Positions 58,609 to 64,000 of a DNA stretch of 64,000 nucleotides are shown one piece after another. Origin of the DNA: a virus; the IMG/VR virus record IMGVR_UViG_3300042879_003514, positions 1-64,000 of that record. One strand, written 5' to 3'. A program made the translations under genes and the position numbers. How positions within the stretch are numbered: the stretch's first letter is position 1; each line of letters starts with the position of its first letter. The notes below the pieces were generated by a model that searched no databases, had not been told where the DNA came from, and was given only the letters and a program-made list of their open reading frames with translations.

Positions 58609-59278
58609 TATCACTTATATAATATTAGCATGTAATCCAGATAAAGGGATGAAATCTTACGGCTCAAAGGGTTTATTGGAGTTTAATAAAAAAAAATTAT
58701 TCCAACACCAATTTGAATGGATACGATCAAACAGCAAAAATAAAAACTATGAAATCTTACTAATATGTAATTTTGATCTATGTAGAATTCAAAAAATTAT
58801 AGATCCAGATATAAAGATATTCTCTTCTGTAGGATCTAATCCAATATATGTGGCTTGTTCAAAGGCAAAATATAATAAGTTAATCTTTATGGATTATGGA
58901 TGTTTGTTTAAACCAAAAATATTAAATAATATATCTTCTAGTGTAGAATCATCAGTTTTATATGTTAACGATAAGAAAAATCAACAATTAAAAATAGGAT
59001 GCATCATAAAGGATAATTATGTGGAGCATATATTTTTAGATTTACCAGACAATAAATTCTGTAATATCTTTTCTATATCGTCAATAGACAAACAAAAAAT
59101 ACTAGATAATATAGAGTATCGGCGCTTTAATTTGTTATATTTCGAAATTTTGAACATGCTTATTAGTAGTGGATCGTTAGTTAAGTCTAGTTCTATAAAT
59201 AGTAAAGATTTTTTATATTTTACACAAATGAGACAAAAAAATGACATCAACACTTTCATCAAAAAAATTACCAATTAA
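58601..59278 (+). CDS. degenerate sugar-phosphate nucleotidyltransferase-like protein
   Basis: IILACNPDKGMKSYGSKGLL resembles ILAAGxGxRM...PKxLL. Confidence 0.55.
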   Translation: MNNITYIILACNPDKGMKSYGSKGLLEFNKKKLFQHQFEWIRSNSKNKNYEILLICNFDLCRIQKIIDPDIKIFSSVGSNPIYVACSKAKYNKLIFMDYGCLFKPKILNNISSSVESSVLYVNDKKNQQLKIGCIIKDNYVEHIFLDLPDNKFCNIFSISSIDKQKILDNIEYRRFNLLYFEILNMLISSGSLVKSSSINSKDFLYFTQMRQKNDINTFIKKITN

Positions 59279-59636
59279 TATTTCCATATATTCAAACTTA
59301 CTAAACGATGATATTTTAAAGGATCCTAGAGTTATTCAATTGTTGAATATTGTTCATAGTCAGGATTCGCTACATAAGTATCAGTATGCTTTTTATTCAG
59401 ATAGCAATGAGTTAAAATCAAATATTTTTATACCTGTATTTCATACTATGTACTTGGCCTGCTCATCTAATAATGTGATAATAAAAGGTCAAGAAGATTT
59501 TTGGTTACTTGAAGCATTTTCAAATAATAGATATTTTATACTAAAAGAAAACACAGAACCCACCACAGACTATGCTGCTAAAAATATACAAATTATAGAT
59601 TCAATAACAGATATGGAAAAAATATATGCACTATGA
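59241..59636 (+). CDS. hypothetical protein
   Basis: overlapping operon ORF. Confidence 0.55.
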   Translation: MTSTLSSKKLPINISIYSNLLNDDILKDPRVIQLLNIVHSQDSLHKYQYAFYSDSNELKSNIFIPVFHTMYLACSSNNVIIKGQEDFWLLEAFSNNRYFILKENTEPTTDYAAKNIQIIDSITDMEKIYAL

Positions 59637-60420
59637 TAAAATGAAAGATTCTGAAAAAGAAAATATTATAAATAAATTATATACAATAAATAGAAAGTCT
59701 TTTCAGCAAATAGCCGACGAATTAAATACATATGCGAATAAAATTCGTAGAGATGCTAAAAAGTTTAATATTCCTATTAGAGATAAGAGCGAAGCACAAA
59801 AAAATGCTTTATCAAACGGTTCGTGTAAACATCCAACAAAAGGCACAAAAAGAGACTCTGAGACTAAACAAAAAATTGGCACTGGAGTAATGAATAGCTG
59901 GGACTCATTAACAGACAAAGAATTATCTAATAGAAAAAAGAAAGCTAAACAGCAATGGGATAGTATGTCTCAGGACCAGAAGGATTTAATGATTAGCAAT
60001 GCTAATAAAGCAGTAAGGCAGACTAGTAAGACAGGATCAAAATTGGAGAAGTTTATTTTAAACCATTTACTAAAGGATGGATACAAAGTAGACTTTCATA
60101 AAGAGCAAATTTTATCTAATACGAAACTACAAATTGATTTATTCATACCGACCTTAAATACCGCTATAGAGATTGATGGGCCATCACATTTTTTACCAGT
60201 GTGGGGAGAAGATGTGCTGAATAGAAATATCAAATACGACAACAAGAAAACAGGACTAATTCTTGGCAAAGGTAGCGTTCTGATTAGAATTAAGCAGACA
60301 AGGGACTTTTCTGTTGCTCGTGCAGCGGTAATTTATTCTGAACTTATTGAAGAATTATCAAAGATAAAATCTAAATTTCCGGATATAAATAATAGGATAA
60401 TAGAAATAGGAGATAGATAA
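59626..60420 (+). CDS. HTH/NUMOD-like + Vsr/DUF559-type endonuclease
   Basis: SFQQIADELNT HTH, KGTKRDSETKQKI NUMOD3-like, IDLFIP..AIEIDGPSH. Confidence 0.75.
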   Translation: MHYDKMKDSEKENIINKLYTINRKSFQQIADELNTYANKIRRDAKKFNIPIRDKSEAQKNALSNGSCKHPTKGTKRDSETKQKIGTGVMNSWDSLTDKELSNRKKKAKQQWDSMSQDQKDLMISNANKAVRQTSKTGSKLEKFILNHLLKDGYKVDFHKEQILSNTKLQIDLFIPTLNTAIEIDGPSHFLPVWGEDVLNRNIKYDNKKTGLILGKGSVLIRIKQTRDFSVARAAVIYSELIEELSKIKSKFPDINNRIIEIGDR

Positions 60421-60421
60421 T

Positions 60422-61165
60422 ATGATGGCTAGACCCAAAAAAGATGTTGGAAACACAGAAACCATTAATGAAACAGTGTCTGTTGAGGTAACTAATAAAT
60501 CTGTTACTCCCAATGATATAGAGTGGACAGACTACGTATTAAGCTTATTATCCGATGATGAAAAAATAAGTGGAAATCCAACTACAGATGGATTAAGAAG
60601 AATTTTTGAAGTAGCATTAGATTGTGTTGTAATTGATTCGTTGTCAGAGGTTGTTCAGTCTCCTAGTCCAGATAATGAAAAAAGAGCAACGGTTATTCAT
60701 AGATTATCTTATGTTTTAAATGGACCCGTATCGCCTGAGCAAAACTTAAATTACAGGTCTGTGAGTGGCGCAGCAGACGTTTATTGGGGTAATTGCGACA
60801 AGATCTATAGAAATCATCCTGTGGCTGTGGCTGAAACACGAGCCGAAGGTAGGGCTCTTAGAAGAGCATTAAAATTACGCAAGGTGGTGGCTGCTGAGGA
60901 ATTGGCCAAAGATATTGATGACCATCCTGATGCTAATAGTGTTAATAAAATAAGCAGTAATCAGATTAATTTTATCGATCTAATTAGTAAAAGATTAGAT
61001 ATAAATGTTAATAATATGTTAGAAAGTTTTGGCTATACCGAAAAAAATGTTTATAATATAGAGCATAGTGATGCTATTAATATTATTAAATCATTGTCGT
61101 CATATCAACAGGATATTTCCACAATCTCAGAAAATATCAAGGGGTATGACGCTAACTGGAAATAG
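60422..61165 (+). CDS. Rad52/Sak-like single-strand annealing protein
   Basis: AVAETRAEGRALRRAL motif, C-terminal S.NQINFI helix. Confidence 0.55.
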   Translation: MMARPKKDVGNTETINETVSVEVTNKSVTPNDIEWTDYVLSLLSDDEKISGNPTTDGLRRIFEVALDCVVIDSLSEVVQSPSPDNEKRATVIHRLSYVLNGPVSPEQNLNYRSVSGAADVYWGNCDKIYRNHPVAVAETRAEGRALRRALKLRKVVAAEELAKDIDDHPDANSVNKISSNQINFIDLISKRLDINVNNMLESFGYTEKNVYNIEHSDAINIIKSLSSYQQDISTISENIKGYDANWK

Positions 61166-61174
61166 GAGTCGATT

Positions 61175-61498
61175 ATGAAAGTCAAATATAAGGTTGGTGA
61201 TAAATTAGAGTTTGAATTAGAGGGTGCTGGCCAAAAAGAAATTTTCAAAGAATTAGCGTTAATTCAAGAAATTTTTGCTGAAGACAAGTGCGGTTTGTGC
61301 GGTAGTACCAATCTTAGATTTGTTGTTCGTAATGTTGAAGGCAATGACTATTATGAATTGCGTTGTGCTGACTGTGGAGCTATATTAGCATTTGGTCAAC
61401 ATAAAAAAGGCGGTACTCTGTTTCCCAAGCGTAAAGATGATGATGGAAACTATTTACCAAACAAAGGATGGCACAAGTGGAATAAAGACGCTAAATAA
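61175..61498 (+). CDS. Zn-ribbon protein
   Basis: CGLCG...RCADCG; AGGAG RBS. Confidence 0.75.
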   Translation: MKVKYKVGDKLEFELEGAGQKEIFKELALIQEIFAEDKCGLCGSTNLRFVVRNVEGNDYYELRCADCGAILAFGQHKKGGTLFPKRKDDDGNYLPNKGWHKWNKDAK

Positions 61499-61500
61499 AT

Positions 61501-61953
61501 ATGGTAAATGTTTATTCTCAAGGTGGTAAAATTGTATTGAGGGATGGCAAAATAGCAACAAGTAATTCATGTTGTTGTGGTACTGCTCCTAATTGCACTG
61601 GATTTTGTTATGGGTGGAGTATATTTGATAATTATATATTAACAATAACAAGCACCATGGGAAACTATACTCTTCAAGGAAATGGTGATGTTTGGTATAA
61701 TCCAGAGTTAGGGATATATGCTTCTCTTGTTTGTGCAACATATATACCTTGTGGTGAAGTATTAGAGGTTGATGTTGGCGCATATGTAGATATATACTTT
61801 GGCTTTTATCCAAATCTGACACTAGCTAGAGCCATATTGGGGCGAGCAAAAGAACCAAATTGTAATACTGGTGGTAATTTAAATAATAAAACATTTAACA
61901 TCTTTAGCTGTGATGATAGTGTTACAGGAACGCTGGGGTTTACTGTTCCTTAA
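61501..61953 (+). CDS. Cys-rich hypothetical protein
   Basis: SCCCG motif near N-terminus. Confidence 0.6.
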   Translation: MVNVYSQGGKIVLRDGKIATSNSCCCGTAPNCTGFCYGWSIFDNYILTITSTMGNYTLQGNGDVWYNPELGIYASLVCATYIPCGEVLEVDVGAYVDIYFGFYPNLTLARAILGRAKEPNCNTGGNLNNKTFNIFSCDDSVTGTLGFTVP

Positions 61954-61962
61954 GGAGAATTC

Positions 61963-62556
61963 ATGATAAACGCATATATTGGTACTCATAATAGTAAAAT
62001 ATTATCTGTAGGGGCCGCAAAATATTTAAGAAAAAATATAGTAGAAGATATAAATATTACATTAATATGTGATGAAAATAAAAAATCAGAATTAGTCGAT
62101 CCTATTTTTGATAATTATATTGAAAGTAATCTTATGCGTAAAGGCATGAGATCTGCTGGTTTTAATATTGCTTTGGGTGTTTCAGATAGGTTAGACAATG
62201 CTTTAAATCTTTATATAGACGATGATTTAAGATTAATGGAAAAAATATCTTTAAATGAAAAATATAGTAGTAATGTTTATGTACCACTTTATTGTAAAAT
62301 GATATTTATATGGAGAGGATGCTTTTCAAAAGATCTATCTAATAGGATAATAATGCCAATTATTAAGGTAGAAAATATCTATCAGTGTTATGAAAAATGG
62401 GATGAAAAAATCAAAGAATTAGCAGTGGCTAATACTTGTGAAAAAATCGATGATATATGGTTGCATATAGACAAAGGCTCTTTGTTACCATGGCCATCAG
62501 TAAAAACTGAACTGGTAAATTATTTAGATAGTTATATTGATGTGGAAAATATATAA
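61963..62556 (+). CDS. putative GT-A-like protein
   Basis: LYIDDDL DxD-like motif, WLHID; AAGGAG RBS. Confidence 0.45.
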   Translation: MINAYIGTHNSKILSVGAAKYLRKNIVEDINITLICDENKKSELVDPIFDNYIESNLMRKGMRSAGFNIALGVSDRLDNALNLYIDDDLRLMEKISLNEKYSSNVYVPLYCKMIFIWRGCFSKDLSNRIIMPIIKVENIYQCYEKWDEKIKELAVANTCEKIDDIWLHIDKGSLLPWPSVKTELVNYLDSYIDVENI

Positions 62557-62561
62557 CTATA

Positions 62562-64000
62562 TTACGGACTGCCGCCGTCTGTGCCACCACCACCACACTC
62601 GTCGATCTTTGCGCAAAAATCTGATTCTGATGTTTCTTCACATTCAGTAAACGGATACAATGTTAAGCAATTACTTTCATTTAGACCAATTAATCCTGGT
62701 GCTGTACCCAGAGATGTAAAACAACTAGATAATCCGCAATCATCGTTTGGGCATTCAGATTCTGATTCTGAAGAGGAAGATTCTGATGAGGAGGATTCTG
62801 ATGAGCAACAACTGTTATCTGATGACGAACCTATATTAGACTCAAGCACGATATATCTCTTATCTTCATAATAAGCATAAACTCTTGAACCTTTACAGAT
62901 ACTGCGCCCCAAATAATCATATATAGTAATTTGTACAGATTTAAGGGATGTACCCAAATTTTCTCCATTATCCCCGTAGATTGGATAATCATCATAATAT
63001 AGTTTACTATCTGCTGAAGGATTTAACAAAATAGCTTTCGCAGATTTATAAGGCGATAATTCTTCTATTAATTGTGCGACAAGAATTCTTTCAGAGGGAG
63101 GAGATACCCATACGCCCCTATCTCTATCCCATCTTAAATCTATTGGGCCAACAGGCCATGTTTTAGGATTAGACAACCAATTTGACATAAACTTATTTTT
63201 TGTTCCGTGTCTTTTAAATTTGCCACTCTCTGTGTCTGAAGGAGAGTCTACAGCATTAGGAATAGGTTTACCTTCTGTGTCATAGCCCCATGATTGTAAT
63301 ACAAGTGGTCCTCTTAGACCCAAAAAGCCAAAGTCTGTTTCAGCCTGTCTTTTTTCATCTGTTCCAAAAATTTCTTGAATTTTATCTCCGTAAGTAAGAA
63401 ATAAAATATTAAAACCTTTTGTTGATGATCCTTTTCTATCGTCCCATTTGCTTAATAAGGCATAGGATGTTATTGGATTTATATACTCTTGATGAATATT
63501 TAATTTATTTGTAGTAATTGGTGGCATTACTGGTCGTGATCTATGTATTGGTGTTTTATTAGTGACCGAAGATATCGTGTTCTTTGCTGTATATTCTGAA
63601 AATCTACTAAGCCTATCATGTCTTCCATCAATAGATACTGGACTAAATAAACCATCTATAGAAATTGATCCTATGTTCCAAAAAGCCTCATTAGAAAATG
63701 ACATATCAACTTCGTTCTGAGGATATAGTCCAACACTAATTGTTCTTTTAATTGTACCTGATCCTGTTACAGGCTCTGTGCCAGTCGAACCAGAAGATTG
63801 TGTATATGATTTTAATTCTTCACAAGTTAATGACTCTACTGCCGTTGCAACAGATTCTGACTGACCTGAGCCTGATGAAGAATTATTTTTAGATACGGTA
63901 TCGAAAAAGCCACCAATTAATAATACTGATGGACTGTTTTTGTTATCTGCTGCTTCATTAGGATCTTTTTTGAAAGGATTTCTTTCATATTTCCTTTTTT
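62562..64000 (-). CDS. C-terminal part of a large putative tail/structural protein (frame open to window edge)
   Basis: no stop in frame from 63704 to the right edge; GLRGPLVLQSWGYD..GKP, WPVGPIDLRWDR; Ser/Glu/Cys-rich tail. Confidence 0.7.
   Translation of the reverse strand, partial: KRKYERNPFKKDPNEAADNKNSPSVLLIGGFFDTVSKNNSSSGSGQSESVATAVESLTCEELKSYTQSSGSTGTEPVTGSGTIKRTISVGLYPQNEVDMSFSNEAFWNIGSISIDGLFSPVSIDGRHDRLSRFSEYTAKNTISSVTNKTPIHRSRPVMPPITTNKLNIHQEYINPITSYALLSKWDDRKGSSTKGFNILFLTYGDKIQEIFGTDEKRQAETDFGFLGLRGPLVLQSWGYDTEGKPIPNAVDSPSDTESGKFKRHGTKNKFMSNWLSNPKTWPVGPIDLRWDRDRGVWVSPPSERILVAQLIEELSPYKSAKAILLNPSADSKLYYDDYPIYGDNGENLGTSLKSVQITIYDYLGRSICKGSRVYAYYEDKRYIVLESNIGSSSDNSCCSSESSSSESSSSESESECPNDDCGLSSCFTSLGTAPGLIGLNESNCLTLYPFTECEETSESDFCAKIDECGGGGTDGGSP
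62764..62808. repeat. 3 x 15-bp imperfect tandem repeat encoding a Ser/Glu linker
   Basis: GATTCTGAAGAGGAA / GATTCTGATGAGGAG / GATTCTGATGAGCAA. Confidence 0.75.

Noticed and set aside
1730-61822. Many short minus-strand and off-frame ORFs in the track (e.g. 1730..1933, 2433..2669, 39359..39718, 42975..43271)
   Set aside because: They lie within well-supported + strand genes and have no motif; treated as shadow ORFs.
62581-62871. Acidic + strand ORF (DSDSEEED...)
   Set aside because: Antisense shadow of the Ser/Glu repeat in the long minus-strand gene.
1-64000. Stop-codon reassignment (alternative genetic code)
   Set aside because: Genes are full length in code 11 and TAA, TAG and TGA all end conserved proteins; only one suspicious internal TAA was seen.
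1-64000. tRNA, rRNA or CRISPR arrays
   Set aside because: Intergenic gaps are short and none showed cloverleaf motifs or spaced repeats by eye; a covariance search was not run.

Overview
AT-rich, gene-dense segment of a large (probably jumbo) tailed dsDNA bacteriophage in the standard genetic code. Almost all genes are on the + strand; one large convergent - strand gene runs off the right edge. In order: RuvB, a thioredoxin, a single-pass membrane protein plus an actin-fold ATPase that resembles archaeal volactin, an HNH protein and a trypsin-like protease; a ~13.5 kb glycan biosynthesis island (ADP-heptose enzymes HldA/HldC/HldD-like, several GT9-like heptosyltransferases, GT32/GT34/GT17-like enzymes, four methyltransferases, RfbH, RmlD-like); nucleotide metabolism (nucleoside deoxyribosyltransferase-like, GuaC); PAP2 phosphatase, a sigma-like factor, ClpP-like protease, a DeoC-fold protein lacking its catalytic lysines and a GT60-like GlcNAc transferase; a late/structural block (tail-fibre-like, membrane proteins, papain-like C1 peptidase) marked by a recurrent GTGTA upstream motif; a replication block (dCMP deaminase, class II RNR, PhoH, RecA/UvsX, DnaB, DnaG, dNMP kinase, PD-(D/E)XK nuclease, a DnaE split into two genes without inteins around a DnaQ-like exonuclease, SSB); a second glycosyltransferase cluster and a Rad52-like annealase. 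The strongest candidates for new biology are the membrane-anchor plus volactin-like actin pair, the intein-free two-piece DnaE and the very large glycosylation capacity. All family assignments come from motif recognition by eye; no database searches were run.
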